The notes below the pieces were generated by a model, which did not search any database, was not told the origin of the DNA, and saw nothing but the letters and a program-made list of their open reading frames with translations. Positions 13,887-44,102 of a stretch of 64,000 nt of DNA are shown here, piece after piece. Positions within the stretch are counted from its first letter, which is position 1. The number at the start of each line of letters is the position of its first letter. Origin of the DNA: Paraspadella gotoi. Lineage: Eukaryota; Animalia; Chaetognatha. The stretch covers positions 18,422,602-18,486,601 of the forward strand of contig CM119264.1 of the NCBI GenBank assembly GCA_051294375.1. Direction: 5' to 3'. Made by a program: the position numbers and the translations under genes.

Positions 13887-14489
13887 GATATGATTAATAC
13901 ATCTATTAACGCCTGGGCGCGAGTGTTGGTCCTTTAGGCGATCATAATAAACAGGTACAGTTTACAGATAATCTCCTAAACTACTAGCATTTGATCTATT
14001 ATGACTGTTTGACTGAGTAAAAAATTCATCTGAACAGAATGTTGCAGACCTATTCTGCAATTTCGTAAAAATTTTTAGCATGTTCGACATTACGTAAGTA
14101 ATAGTTGATGGCACAAAATTATTTAAAAATCGGTCCCGCCCGTCAGAGTTTTATAAAGTCAACACTAATATAACGTAATATTCCGTAACAATAGTATAAG
14201 TAACGCGATAGTCAACTCGCACGGTGTTTAATCAAATTTTGATAACTACACGTTGAGCGTTATAACATACTCATGACTCTGAAAACAGTATTAAACTGCC
14301 TGAAAAAGCAGCATTAAACCGCAATGTCTCGCCTAAGTAAAAAAGTTAAAATTAATATTTCTAATGACAATAACGAATTTACTTTTCAATACGCGATCCG
14401 CAATATTACGAATTAACTTTAATACGCACTAACAAATTTACTTTAACGTGTTTACACCTCGTCTTTAATTAGATTTAGAGGGTTGTATT

Positions 14490-16200
14490 TGTAATAATGA
14501 GGAAGTTTGGCACAATGAAGAAGTTTGGCACGATCGATCTCCGGCCGACTGCTCGGCTCATCGCGAATGAATCTGCTGAAGGGCCGTCTGTTCGACTCCT
14601 TGCTTTACTCCCCTTTGTTTGCACTTTCCACAGTTCTAGAAATTGGTTCGAAACCCGCTTCCGAGGTAGGTTTCCTCGTAATCTTGGTGAGATATTGTTG
14701 AATGCTTTTGGTTCGGTCGCACTGAGTACTTAAGTTTGGTCAACTGTCTTGTTAACGGAAACCAGGGCCAATTCGCTGAGGACGCTTTTGTAGTTTTCCC
14801 ACTCTAATTTTATCTTCATATTGATGAATAGTGTCTTTAACAATATTGACTTTTGAGTACATATTAAATCAATCTTTTTAGGCGATTTCTTACAATGCAT
14901 CTTACATCGGTTGTCCCCACTCGCGAGTCTGCAAGACTCGATGATTTGCCACGTACTTTGGGATGTTATAATGCAACTCCAGAGATTGTGTATGTATTTT
15001 TTCTATATTGTTCCAATGAACTTCTGACATAGGGATATAACCTCGTTGATCCGTATTCGAATAGCGTTTCTTATCATAAATCGTTATATAGATTATGTAT
15101 TATCGTGGATGGTATTGGGTTTAAGGTTTTCTTATTCTAGTAGAACACCAGTCTTTGATTCGCCTTCGTCATGGTTTCATTAATGTGATTCTTTCCAGGC
15201 ATTTTTTTGGTCAAATCTGCCCCCAGAAAAGTAACGATTGTACTACCGAAACTGGTGTACCTAATAAATTTATACACACTTCTCGGTTTAAATGTCTTTG
15301 TAGTCGACTGAATACAATCAGTATTCGATTTGTGTGGCGCTAGCCTTTAATCCAGCACTTTCGACACTAATCACTCCAGTGTCTTGGTCAGACGTTTCCA
15401 TCTTTATTTCTCTCTAAAGGATTGTTCGGCAATAACGATCCAGGCTGCTGGTCATGCCGCGAATTGAGCAGGTGAGATCTCTGTGTCACGTCAAAGACGT
15501 CATCTGTATGGAATATTGAAGAGATCCGATTAATTAGCACCTTGTGGAGTACCAGTGGTTATGTTAAAGGGCTCAGCACGCTTTTTCCGCATCAAAGACT
15601 TAATCGATCTATCTTTAAGAAATTATTTGATCCGCTAAGATTTGAGGGCTGAATCTTTTTGGAGAAGCTTGTATCTCAAACCGGTTCCCATCCCCACAGG
15701 TGGTCAAAGGCCAGTTCAACATCCAAGAACAGCCCCAGCAGCCACTTTTTTTCTTTAATGCCTGCTATTGTTAGTTTCAGTTAGCGAAATAAGTGATCTT
15801 GTGGACTACGGTTTTTTTTATAGCCGCTCTGGTATTATTTCTCATGCAGAGCCTGTCTAGTTCTCCTATGAGCTTAGGTTTTATTAAATCTCTCAATACT
15901 TGCCAACGCGGACAATAGGCTAATGGGTCTATGACTTTTGATTTTTGTGAGATCTTTACCTTCTTTGGAATGGTTATTAATTTTGCCCTTTTCCAATGCA
16001 GAGGGCAGACTCCACGAGACAACATAAGTTGTAAATCTGAAGAAGTTGTTCTGCACAACTTCTGCGGAACATTTTTTATCATTAGGTAGGTTCCCATCCT
16101 CGCCTGCTGGGATTTATTTTTGCAGGCTCCCAAGGCCCTTTCAAGTCGTTCAAGTTAAAATCCTCTTCTCTTCTATCTGTTCTTTCACTTTGGTGTGATA
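14490..16200 (-). mobile_element. Decayed non-LTR retrotransposon (LINE, Jockey/I-like) ORF2 reverse-transcriptase fragment
   Basis: Frameshifted minus-strand RT motifs in the expected order: P.HWKRAKLITIPK, KSHRPISLLS, VAAGAV/LDVELAFDHLW, LRYKL, GTPQG, and a degenerate QFA(D)D near 15455-15470. Many stops and indels. Boundaries approximate. Confidence 0.85.
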
Positions 16201-16658
16201 GAAGATGTCAGTTTTCCTTTTCTCTTTCCGCGGTTTCGTCAACTATTTTTTGCCCAGTTTTCATCGTACGTTGGGTCGATATTCCGGAGAGAGAGAGATA
16301 GAGAGAGAGAGAGGCGAACATTAAAAAGGTTCGAGACATTGCAAAAGCCAAAAGTTTTTCATTCATCAATGGGTGTTGCCAAAAAGCCATCAATCGAACA
16401 CTTCTGACTGAAAGCAATCATGCAATGACAGAGGCTAAGTGGCACCAATGGAATTAGGGCTCAGCTTTTGACCTACTTACGAAAGGAGAAAAAATCGCCT
16501 CCAGAATGGAAAGGTGATGGAAACAAGAAACGAAAGGAGAACATTTGACAAGAATAAGAAAGGAACAAGTAATAACTAGACACGAGACGGGGATTGTAAA
16601 TCATAAAACAGCCGGCTCTTTGACTTTTGCAGAAGAAAGATAGAAGAAAGGGAAAGAG

Positions 16659-16743
<85 letters not shown>

Positions 16744-16911
16744 AGGAAATAAACGAGATAAATAGAAAAAGAGAGATAGAGAGAGAGACGACACTAACAG
16801 ATAGATATAGGCGGTGATGGAGTAGAGAGGAAAACACGAATCGTGACATCGAAAAGACAAAACATCAGAGTCGACTTTCAATTAAGTTCAAGGCGAGCAA
16901 AATAAAAGGAA

Positions 16912-16974
<63 letters not shown>

Positions 16975-16998
16975 GAGAGAGAGAGAGAGAGAGAGAGA

Positions 16999-17044
<46 letters not shown>

Positions 17045-18585
17045 CTTTAGAAAGTGAAATTCCTGTTTATGTTGGCTTCCCTCATTCTTCACAGTCTCAT
17101 AAAATTCCATTAGATGCACGAGTCGTGAAGGCAGTCGTCGTCCTTTCATCTTTGTCCGCCCCTGTTTTTTTTTGTCCCCGCTTTCGGAATTTTTTGTTTT
17201 GTTTTCTTTATTTTCTATTTTTTCTGTTTTTTTTTTATTGTGTTTCCTTTATCTCTCCGGAAATTGTATTAATTTTAGCTAATTCATTTCATTAAATTCT
17301 TCGACTGGTTTTTGTGTCCGTTCCGTAGTAGCCTACTTTATTTATAAAGTCTTTATTTTTTTATTTCTTTCTGTTTTTATGTCTCCATTTCTTTTATTTC
17401 CTTAATTTTACGTTTTTTCTTTTTACTAAAAATAGGTGCTTGAAATTTCATATCTTTCATATCTTCTTTTTTCTCCGTTCCAACATACATTCATCTTTTC
17501 TACTTTAAAATGCTTTACCAGTTTTAAATTTAACACTTCTTTTGAAAAATCGGGCTTATTTATCCTTTTAAGTATACAAGCGTAAAATTTGACTGTGCCA
17601 GCATGTTTTCGGTGTTATAATATTGATTAACCAATGCTAAATATTCACGGCATATACGCGTGTGGCATCTCCCTATGCCTGCCGTCCATTTTCGGGAGCA
17701 CTCTTTCAGGGTCCCATTCTTCGAGCACTCCTGTAAGCGCCCATTCTCTTGGACGCCCGTATGGTTTCTGATTAGAGTCTGGCGGGGGTCATGAAGGTTT
17801 CGCGTCGTCAACGGCGTCCCCATTATTTCCGTTTACTAAAGGCGACCGGAAATAAAAGAGGCGGCGCCTAAAGTAGAAACAGGCGAGCTTGGCCGTTTGG
17901 CGTTTTGAGACAACGGAAAAAGTTTCGTTTGTGAAAGCTTTTCCGCATTTTTTTGTCGTTTATGAATTGTGCTAAATAAAATAAAATAAAATTAAATAAA
18001 GTTTGGAGTGATTAGAATATTCTGTTAATAAACGATCTGTGATTGCTCAATGTATATAGAAGATCAGACAAATAAATTTTCCTATTAATAAAACACCCAT
18101 TTTTGAATTTTTCAAGGCCCTCATAATTTTTTTACCAGCAGGTAATCTCTAATTTTTGAGTAAAAAAAAAAATGAAAGCAAGGTCTTTGCATTTTAATCT
18201 CTGGCTGTTTTTTCTTGAGCGAGTTATGAAAAAAAATTCACCCTGCTTGCTAAGCGAAGATGCTGTTGCGAATTAATAGCCTGGGCTTATTCGAAGCCTG
18301 CGCACTGCGTAGTTAACTCGACCTTTCTAAAATGAAGTCATGAATGTTGATGAAAATCACGTCTGCTTCGATCGTCATGAACCGCATTTCTGTCCAAAAA
18401 TGTGGCAAAATGACACTCCTTTGATGTAAGTAAAACGTATTTATTTTTATGATTTCCAGATATGGAATTTATAAATCATTTTTTTATTTCAACACTTAAC
18501 TTACTGTTGAAAAAATGCACTTACTGACAATGTTGACTATGAAGTCAAGTTGGTAAAAATATAAAAAAAACAACTTTTTAGTGGT

Positions 18586-18624
<39 letters not shown>

Positions 18625-19365
18625 ACGAAAGAGGCGCTAAGGGGAGAGCAAGCGGCGCCTTTAGATTCCGTTAACCCGCGATATCGTTAGACGTTGATGA
18701 GAAGATGAGATATAAATCTTAGCGCCGCGGGTCGAAGCAGAAAAGCGGGCGAGATGCGAGGATGAGACGAGGAGAGAAGGAAAAATGAATGATGATGATG
18801 ATGATGAATGATGATTGATGATGATAGATGATAGATGATATATGATGCACTGATGATGATGATGATGATGATGATGAAGATGAAGATAAAAGCGTGGATG
18901 AGTTGTTTACGATTTGAGTCGAAGGTATGGATAGATGAGTGGCGGGGTAAGGGAAGTAGGTAGAGACAGAAAGCAAACGTAAAAGTAACAAAACCTAGAC
19001 TGAGGATAGAACGAAAAAAAAGTCTTGTTTTTTAAAATAAAAAAATGAAAATGATAAAAACTGAAATGTAAAAATGAAGAGGTAAAGTAATAAATCAATA
19101 AATCAAGAAATTTATAACGACCTTAATGAGTAGAGAAGAAAGTTTTTGAAAATTAACCTAGAAATTCACGAGTAAGTACATAAGGTCTAAGAAAATTAGA
19201 TGGAAAAAAAAAATCTGCATCGGGAAATGAGAGAAAAACGAGATTCGGGCTGAAGCGTAAAGAGAATGAGTGTAGCGGAAGTAAGGAGCGATGAGTTAAA
19301 TGGGACATAAACGACGATTACGAGGAATAATTTCGTAAAGTAAACAAAATTGAGAGGAAGACGAC

Positions 19366-19501
19366 GACCGTAACGACGAGGAAGTGTCTCCGGAGACTTG
19401 GGTGACGGGGAGGGTGACGACGACGAGGACGATGACCGTAACGACGAGGAAGTGTCTCCGGAGACGAGGGTGACGGGGAGGGTGACGACGACCACGAGGA
19501 C
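19366..19501. repeat. Two-copy ~68-bp tandem repeat in an (ACG)-rich tract
   Basis: gaccgtaacgacgaggaagtgtctccggagac..gggtgacggggagggtgacgacgac occurs at 19366 and 19434. Confidence 0.9.
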
Positions 19502-19745
19502 GACGACGGGCACGACGACGGGCACGACGACGAGGATCGTGGAGAAGAAGAAAGCGTAATCCATAATAATGTCGAAGAAGAAGAGATGACAATATTTAGG
19601 ACGATGACAAAGACGAAGACACTGACGACGCGTACGCTAAAAAGGCGACAACAATAATCAACGACGACAACGGCGACAGTTAAACACTAACAAAATTAAA
19701 CCTCGAAGGACCCAACGATACATAATGAAGAAGACGGCGTTACTC

Positions 19746-19789
<44 letters not shown>

Positions 19790-21945
19790 ACAAACGCCGC
19801 TCGCAGGAAAAAGAAAATGAAATGAAAGGGGGAAAAATAATTTTCAGGCGCGTAAAATTCAACGGGGGAAAAAGGAAAGAAAATTCAATCCAAAAGGAAA
19901 GAAAAATTATGGAAAAGTGAAATTTTTCATTTTTTTCCCTGACTATACAGAACAGATAATAATATTCAGAAAGAAAGAAAACGTTTTGCACTGGAACTAA
20001 CTAAAACCAACTAAAATGGATTATGAGAAAACTGAACAGTGAACACGTAAACAATGCATTCCATTTAAAGTTCTCTTTGCTACATAATTAGTATGTGTCG
20101 CTTCCTTCGGCAGCTTCAATGTCTCCGCTGTCCAGTCCAGGATTAGCGCCTCATCGGGAAGCATTCGACGTTACTTCCAAAACAATTCTTCATTATTTGA
20201 CAGATTCAGGGTTGACCATAATAAAATCCGCCTCATGATGAGGAGTTAAGAGCCGGTCAATGGTCAATGGGTCATGGAAGTGTTTTGGTGCTGAAACATA
20301 TAAAAAAAATGACTTCGGGAGAATTCCGGCGATCCCTTTTATGGCGTTTTGGGGCCAGGAAACTCTGACCTTAGAGGTCATTGGCGATCTCGTCTCTTTC
20401 TGTTCGAGAGGAGTGGACGTAAGATATTGTTCAGATGTCGAATTTAAAAGTAATACTATGTAATAACATGTTGTTGCGTCCACAAAAGTAAATTTTGTAT
20501 GATTGTTGAGAGAAAGAGAGGCATAGAGAGAGACAATAACACAATATCTTTCTAGCGACTTCCATACATCGCTGTATAATCGTCCTGTTGTTGTCGTTGC
20601 CGGGACACATCCATCTTCCTTGCGGAGTAAATTACTAGTACTTAATAGATAATGAGTTAAAATATTTTATACAATATCAGTGCCATTTTTTCAACAACAA
20701 AAAAAATAATTATCTCGTAAATATTCACTGACAGAGAAGTTCGATCCAGATACCGATGCCAATACAAGACTAACACTCACAGCCTCACGACGTCGTCGTC
20801 GCACTCGTCGTGACTTTGTCATCGTCGCCATCGTCGCCATCATCGATTTCGTCAAAAGCGACGTAATCGTCATCGACGCGAAGATTAAGAATCTCCCGTC
20901 TGACGAAACCAAGTGGAGAACAACTTCTCGTGATTGGACACTGGACAGGCTGTCGGCTTCGAGAGATTCTGATTGGACCGAAGAGGCCCAAAAGCGCAAA
21001 CGAGATGAAAACGGTTAGTTGCTTTTGTACAAGGGATCAAACCGTTTAATGAAACACCACAGAGGCGACGAAGGTCTCATGAAGTGGGTCTGGCGTGAGA
21101 TCGAGTGGAAAGATATGGGGCTGAGAGAGGGTTTAGGTTTGGCGTGATGAAGGAAAGGGGCGACTCTTATGATCACCGTGAATCCGACGAAATATATCTT
21201 CGGGTGAAAATCTGAAGAATTAAAAAAGAAAGAAATCGGAAGAAAACAGAAAGAAAGAAAGACTGGGGACAGAAGATGGGGATTTGAGATATCGGGCAGG
21301 GAAGGGCAGGGAAGGAGAAGGGTTGAAAGCCTCGAGCAGGATGCGGACCCTTTTGAGGTGCTGCGGCAGAGAGGCTCTGGGGCACTGGGGGCAGGGTACA
21401 GGGGGACGATCGCAATATAGACGCAGCTGTCTCGACGCGAATAAACTCTCATGAAAGGAAGGCAAACGAAAGAGATCCCGACTAATGGATCGTTACCACT
21501 TTAGTCGTTATCAATTAATTGCCGGTCGTAATTGCTACCGAATTATGCTAATCGTCGTGTTTATTTGGATGTTACATTTCTTTTCTCTTTTTGGTGCCGT
21601 TCGACATAAAAATGCCATTTGGATTGTTGTATTTAAAAACTATAACGTCTAAAGAGTTTAGTCTGACTTAACCAGAGAAAATCTTAGTTATCTCTTAGTT
21701 CAGTCAGTTCAGCATCTTCGAACAGTAAACAATAAAGATCGAAAACAAACAGAGGGTGCGCGATCGCCGCAAGAAGAACAAACATAACCGTCAATAAAAA
21801 AAAACTGTGAAATATTCACAACCGCAGAAAAGAAGAGGCGGTGGACCGGAAACTAGGCGGGGGTCGAGCCGAGGAACGCGACTCCGTTTTGGGGAGAAAA
21901 AGAGGAGGAAGTACATTTAGGATCAAAGATCAAAAAAGGCAATAA

Positions 21946-21997
<52 letters not shown>

Positions 21998-22273
21998 GGA
22001 AGCACTTTCGCTTATCGCCCGACATCGCTCACCGCCAGCGCCAAGTCGGGCACGTTCCTCAACGAGCGTGAAGATCGAGTTGTGAGCTCATCCTCGAATT
22101 CGTAATATCGCTTATCTCTCATCGCTCATCTCATATAGCACATCTCACATCGCCAATCTCTTATTCTTAACTCACATCTCATATTGACTTATTTCATATC
22201 GTATATCAAGTAAAGTTAATTATCTTATTATGCATAAGCTCACTCCGCCTATAAGCATGACACCTTCAGTCGT

Positions 22274-22466
22274 GACCAGATGCTTCATTGAGTAAAGCCA
22301 TCAGCTGATGACCACTAGGGGTTCAATCCTAATCCAGCCTTTGGGGTCTGGAAAACCCGAAAGCCTGGTTCCAAACCCAGGACCCGTTCCATTGCTGCTG
22401 AGGAGGCACAGAGGTTCCGGATAGTAATCTTCGGCCCACATAATAGTTAATAGTTAATAGTTAATA
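22274..22466 (+). mobile_element. tRNA-derived SINE-like element
   Basis: Degenerate A-box (tgcttcattgagt), B-box (ggttcaatcc), GC-richer body and a 3' tail of (aatagtt)n. No TSD seen. Confidence 0.5.
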
Positions 22467-22963
22467 TCTCCACTTATATTCGCTCTCATCTAACCTCATT
22501 ATCGAATTTAGGTTTCATTTTTTCGAATCACGTGATCGCGCTTCACTGATTCGCTTTGCGCTAAGCAAGTATTATTATCTCGTTTTTATCTGACCCTTTG
22601 ATTGAAATCTTTGCTCACTAACAGGGCATATCGAACACGGCGCTGTTCGCTGCCACTTACGTAATAAACTTTGCTTGAAGCCTGTTCGCATATCGCTTTC
22701 TGTGTTCAAACTGTTCATGGCCGATTGCCATGCACCGTTAACACAAAGTAGGCCGCATGTTTGTACTTCCCCGGTCGCTTGTCCGCACTTACGAGCTGGC
22801 CGCATACATCGCCCTTCGCTAATCGAGAATTTCAGGGAAATCAACGTCACGATGTCACGTGACCGAAGGGCGTGGCGTCGAGAAGCCGGGGTTTGATTAA
22901 TGGAGTGCCGGGCAGATTGGGCGAGACAGAGAGAGAGAAGACTTCTCTCAGGGAGAGAGAAAG

Positions 22964-23068
<105 letters not shown>

Positions 23069-23643
23069 TTTAAACAATTTTTCCCGTTTTTTTCTAGTTC
23101 TATAGGGTTATCTAAAAAATTCGTTTCAGTCGTTAACTTATTATATATGGAATCAACGATAATTAACCATACAAAGTCTCTGTGTTGAGAGGAAAAATTG
23201 CTCCCAAAAAAAGTGGCACATGTGTAAAAGCTGTTTTGCTAAGCCCTTCGGCGCCAGCAGTCGTCTGCATTTTTTAAATCCCTCTTCTTTTCGCCGTCAT
23301 TAACATTTACTGCATTGAAAAGAACTCAAATCATTGTGCAATGTGCATTGTGCAATATGCCCACTTCGTTACTTCAGTCGGACTACGTTTTCTTGCCTCG
23401 AGTAAAGATTTCTTTCAGAAAGAACAATTGCGTTGCTCACGTTTCTTCAGCTTCTGTTTCCTGAAACATTTTTTTTCTTCGCCTGATTTCAGAGTTGATC
23501 GCTGACGTCATTACTGATGTATCAGGGATTGTTTTTCTCGTCGTCGTTGTTGTCGTCGTCGTCGTTGTTGTTGGCGTCACGTCCTGTAGAATTCCCCCGG
23601 GGAATTTTGAGGGACTAGAGGGACTCGAGGAAGATGAAAGGAT

Positions 23644-23713
<70 letters not shown>

Positions 23714-24517
23714 CCTCCCAGTTTTTTTGCTCCCCTCTCCAGTCTGCAACCCTTTTCCTTTTCGACACACTCCGTTTCTCTCTTCCTTTTATTCATACAT
23801 CCGTACGAGGCGCTTCAATACTTTTTTTTTTCCTTCCTCCATTTTTTCAAACTTGTTTTTCTTTTCCTAATTTTTTTCCCCTCTTTTTATTTTTTGAGTT
23901 TTGCATGACTTTCGACCCTTTTTTTCATCACCGGCGTAAAAGTTTTATTATGTCATAAATTTTAAGAAATATTCGCTGCTTAACGCCTACTTATTTTCGT
24001 CGTTGAGGGTTCCTTGTCACTCACAACCCTCTGCTGAATCAATGCGACGAGATGCAATGAGATGTAATGCAATTCTCTCATTGTATCAGTTTACAAAGTC
24101 GTCCTGATGCGGTCGTCGTTTATCCTTTCCTCGAGTCTGTGAAGAACAATTAGATTTTGTCTTCCCTCCATCAATTAGATCTTTTAGGATCGATGAAGAG
24201 TCAGAGTCAATTTCGGTTTCGTCTCAGTGTCATTACTGTCATTACATTGCTCGCTTAGATTATGTCGGTCTACGTCGTTGACATCCTCGTCATCTTCACT
24301 GCAGCTCCTGTGCGGGTTCTACCAAAGAATTCACAAGCGTCTCAAACTCTAGTTCACGCTCCGTGAGACGAGATAATTAACGAGTCTCTCCTGACGTCGA
24401 CGCTCGTAATCTCGCGGTGATATGATGTAATTGTTCGAAGAAAATTAAAAAAAGTCAAAGAAAAAACAGACGAGGATGGGCGAAGCTGACTAAGGTATTT
24501 TAAAATTAAATTAAGGC

Positions 24518-32194
<7,677 letters not shown>

Positions 32195-32419
32195 NNNNNN
32201 NNNNNNNNNNNNNNNNNNNTTTGTTTTATTTAGACCAACTTTTTAATTGTAAAAAAAAAAATTAAAATTAAATTTTATACTTAGTCAAAAATATGTTATA
32301 TATTCATAGAGTCCATATTAGAAAACTTGCTAATATATAATTTTCTATTTTTTAAATATATAGCTCTCCAAGAAATAGCTGCGGAGATGCATGGTCGATC
32401 TTAATCATTNNNNNNNNNN
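32195..32419. other. Palindrome centre: 25-N gap, ~190-bp extra copy of the arm end, 10-N gap
   Basis: N at 32195-32219 and 32410-32419. Most of 32220-32409 is repeated again from 32420. Confidence 0.95.
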
Positions 32420-40224
<7,805 letters not shown>

Positions 40225-43200
40225 CTATCACCAATTTTGGTTTCATCACCGTTGACCAAAGCCTGAAGATCGGTCATAAGAGCGCAGGCTTTTAAAATAT
40301 TCTTGTATTTGTTTTCATTCATTGGTTTGCCAAATAAAATGTTTTCTTTGATACTACCATTTTGGATCCAAGGATTCTGAGCAACATATCCAAAGTTTTC
40401 CATTACGTGTACTTCTCCTTGAACCTTATTCATTTCACCGAGCAAAGCGCTTAGAAGTGTTGACTTCCCTGATCCTACAGAACCAACAACAGCCAATATT
40501 TGTCCCTTGTTCAAAGAAAATGTGATGTTTTTAAGAGTGACAGGACCTCCTTTCTCCCATGAAAATGACGCATTTTTAACGTAAACTGCCTTTTTAGTTT
40601 CTATATTAGGATCTGAATATTTTCTATCAATCTCTGAACTGTTTAAAAATTTTTCAATCCGGCGGCTTGATATAAACATCTGGACATTTTGGTAAATAGC
40701 ATCCGGAATAGCCCACAAAAGTATTCGTAAATGTTTAAACAATGCCATTGAGACAAAAGCTTTCTCTGGGGTCAAAGTATGTTCGGCAGAAGATAAAATA
40801 AACGTTGTGAATGCTATTACGCTTACAATGATTGGCACAGAATTATAGTTGAACTTCAAAAGTGCTAACCAGTAAAGCTGCCTTTTTAAAACATCTGTTT
40901 CTTGTTCACGAATCTTTGCTACTTCTTTCATAAAAGGAGCCTCCCATGAATACAATTTAACAACTTTTATTCCATTAAGGATTTCATTCATAAGTTTAAC
41001 TCTGGAATCTTTAAATGTCATATTTTTCTCCTGTAGGATTGCAATATGTTGACCCGCTAACACAGATATTGGAATAGAGAGCGCAAAAAATGCTAACCCA
41101 GCAAAGGTTGCTAGGCCTATTTGATTATAGAGAAGCCAAATAACTGCCAGTAATTCAATGGGCGCGATCAAACCAGCAACAAGCTGCTCTAGACCTCGAA
41201 AAAATCGTTGTGTATCCACACTCATGATATTAATAATTTCTCCTATAGTTGCAGTCATGCAGAAAGAAGAAGTGATAAGAAGACTTTTTTTAAACACTAA
41301 AAACATTGCAGTGTTTTGAATTTTCAATGCTATAAAGTTCATGTGCCACCAAAATATCCAATGTAGGAATGCTCCCAAAATAGAGACACTGAAAAGAAGA
41401 AGGGTATAAAAAATACCTTTCCATTTGAACTCAATCAAAGTTATTGAGCCATCAGGTTCACTCGCCATATCCCGACTTAAAACATGATTAATCAGCCAAC
41501 CAAGACAAATTGGCTTAACAAGAAGAGACATCGCATAAAAAACCCTGAGAATAAAAAGAAAAAGGAATTCTTTTTTATAACACCCCATTAATTTACTAAT
41601 AAAAGAGAAGCTTTTTTTACTCTGGCTTAAATCGTTCAATTTAATTGATGAGTATTTGTTATCGTATATTTTTAAAATAGTCTCCAGTTTGAATTCATAC
41701 GGCAAAGGGTCTAAATTAGAATAACTTAATAATTTTTTCACCCCACTCCGAAGTGTTGGAGTAATCCAAAAGAAACTCCATCTCGATAAGGGACAGGCTC
41801 TATCATAATGACTGCCTTCGAGACCCCAACATCTCAAACATCCCAGCAACATAATTAGGAAAGAGGTCGAAGTCGCTACATAATTTCCAATTGCCAGTCC
41901 TTCAAGCTGAGCCCCGTGACTCTTATCAGATTGACGAACATAGTGTTGAAAAGGAAACAGCTGGAGGCAAAACGTAAGCGACCAGAAGATGAAAGAGACG
42001 CAAGAAACGTCATAGCCAGCGTCGTAAATTTGACTTTTGGCGATTAAAACTGCCATTGAAGCTGATATCACCGAGACAATTTGATTGACGTAGATGGCTG
42101 GAGAGGAGAAAAATAACGGAAGGAAATGATGATGCGACGACAGTGCCAGACTGAACATGAGAGACATCTTCAAGATAGCGTTGCTCAGGAATAAAAGGCA
42201 AAGTCCGAGACGCCCATTGTTTATTATCTTCGGAGCAGTGAGTTTCACGCCGTCGTCCGATTCCAGTCGTTTCCACTTGCAAGTCAAATGTTCCGGTCGA
42301 AGAATCAAGGAGCAGAGGATGTAAATAAATGGTATCCAAACGGGAACGGTGTCGATAAAACAGAGCGTAAAGTCTGGATTGTCAGTGTTCCAAGAGATAT
42401 CATTGTTCCAAAAAGGTTCATCTTTGCAGTAATTACCAATGTAGGTATAAGTTTTGTTGCTTCCCATGGTTAAAATCTGTTTTGAGAGGACAATATTTTC
42501 GGCTCTAGACTTTACGTGAAGCGTAAACCTTGAACAAACATTTTTTTCTTTTACTCCGGTAAAAATGTTGTTTTAAAACACGCAACGTATTTAAATAAAT
42601 AAAATAAATAAATACAACTAATTTAATTTCTGCTAAAGAAAAAAAAATATTTCTTAAAACAACCTCCCACAAATAAGTTTTTATAATTATCGACCAAGGT
42701 TTGCTCAGCAAATAAAAGAATTTAAAATCCATTCTATGCCGTAGAAAATAAAATTTAGGTGTTGAGCTTCACCTAAACCTGCGAATTATATAATCTTTTA
42801 ATTTGGACAAAACTCGTTTGTGACGTAATGAAAGACGGCAGCAGAACCGCGGAGCGGGACGGAGCGGGGCGGTCAATGCAGCAGACCGACGGAGCGGAGA
42901 CTCAGTGAAGATCGGAGACGCAGCAGCAGAAGGGAGAATGCATGCCATCCGCGAGGCACCGTGCCGATAGGAATAAATAGGAATAAACACTTCAACCTTC
43001 TTTAAGAAGGTGAAAACATGCTCCGATTTCAATTTTTTTTTTTTAAATTCTTCAAATATTATAAGGAATATACATATAAATTTTTATTCAAATCTAATGA
43101 TAAATAAAAAATTGGCTGCACTTCATATGTTGACGAGCTACTTCAACATCCTCAAATTACGAGGAGATCACCTCGAATTTTTGGTCTCCTCGACTGAAAA

Positions 43201-43605
43201 GTTACATTATGTGTGCAAAATTTGGTGGTGGTATCATAATAATAACTATTCGTTTGTTTAACTTCCTTAACAGACTTCAGTACTATGGGAAGCCAGAGTT
43301 ATATTAAACTTTTTGACAAAAGTTGGCCAATATTATCTGTTGAACGGTAGAAAAGTGGTTGTCGCTGATAGGACGCGCAGGAGAGTACCCATTACTAAGT
43401 TGACACAACTTGTAAAAGTCCCTAAGATATCAATTTCACTTTTTATGAAATTTCTCCCAGTTTCTTCAACCTCAGTTACTTAAGCCAGAGCTATCATTGA
43501 AAATGAGGGAGTGGTCTTTTCATACAATTGAAACATTCTTTGAAATATTATACCACTTGATTGATAGGGAAGCCAGGTTCACTGGGAGTGAATAAAAAAG
43601 TCTGT

Positions 43606-43765
43606 GAGAGAGGCTTGATTAAAAGCTTGCAGAAACCTGTTATGTTATTATCTTGCAAGTGTGACGGAGGCCTTAAACCACCAAAGCCTGTCCAAAGTCA
43701 GGGACAAGATAGCTTATTTATTAAATGGATGGATAATTTTTATATTGGTTGTACCAATTTCATAT
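43606..43765 (-). repeat. Dispersed repeat family 'atgaaattggtacaacc' copy
   Basis: Homologous to 50845-51002 (+) and to internally deleted copies at ~28251-28332 and ~36362-36443. Confidence 0.85.
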
Positions 43766-43880
43766 ATTAATTGATTGATTCGTAAATATTTCTTCTTTTG
43801 ATCGTTCAGCGAAACAATTCCTGTATAAATAGTATTACATTTTTTATTTATAGTAACAATTAAAGAACCAAAATTACAAC

Positions 43881-43964
<84 letters not shown>

Positions 43965-43988
43965 AATCGCGTGAACTTAGTCACATGA

Positions 43989-44102
<114 letters not shown>

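Noticed and set aside
22305-22365. CTGATGA...GAAA possible hammerhead within the SINE-like element
   Set aside because: Stem II and stems I/III cannot be paired convincingly.
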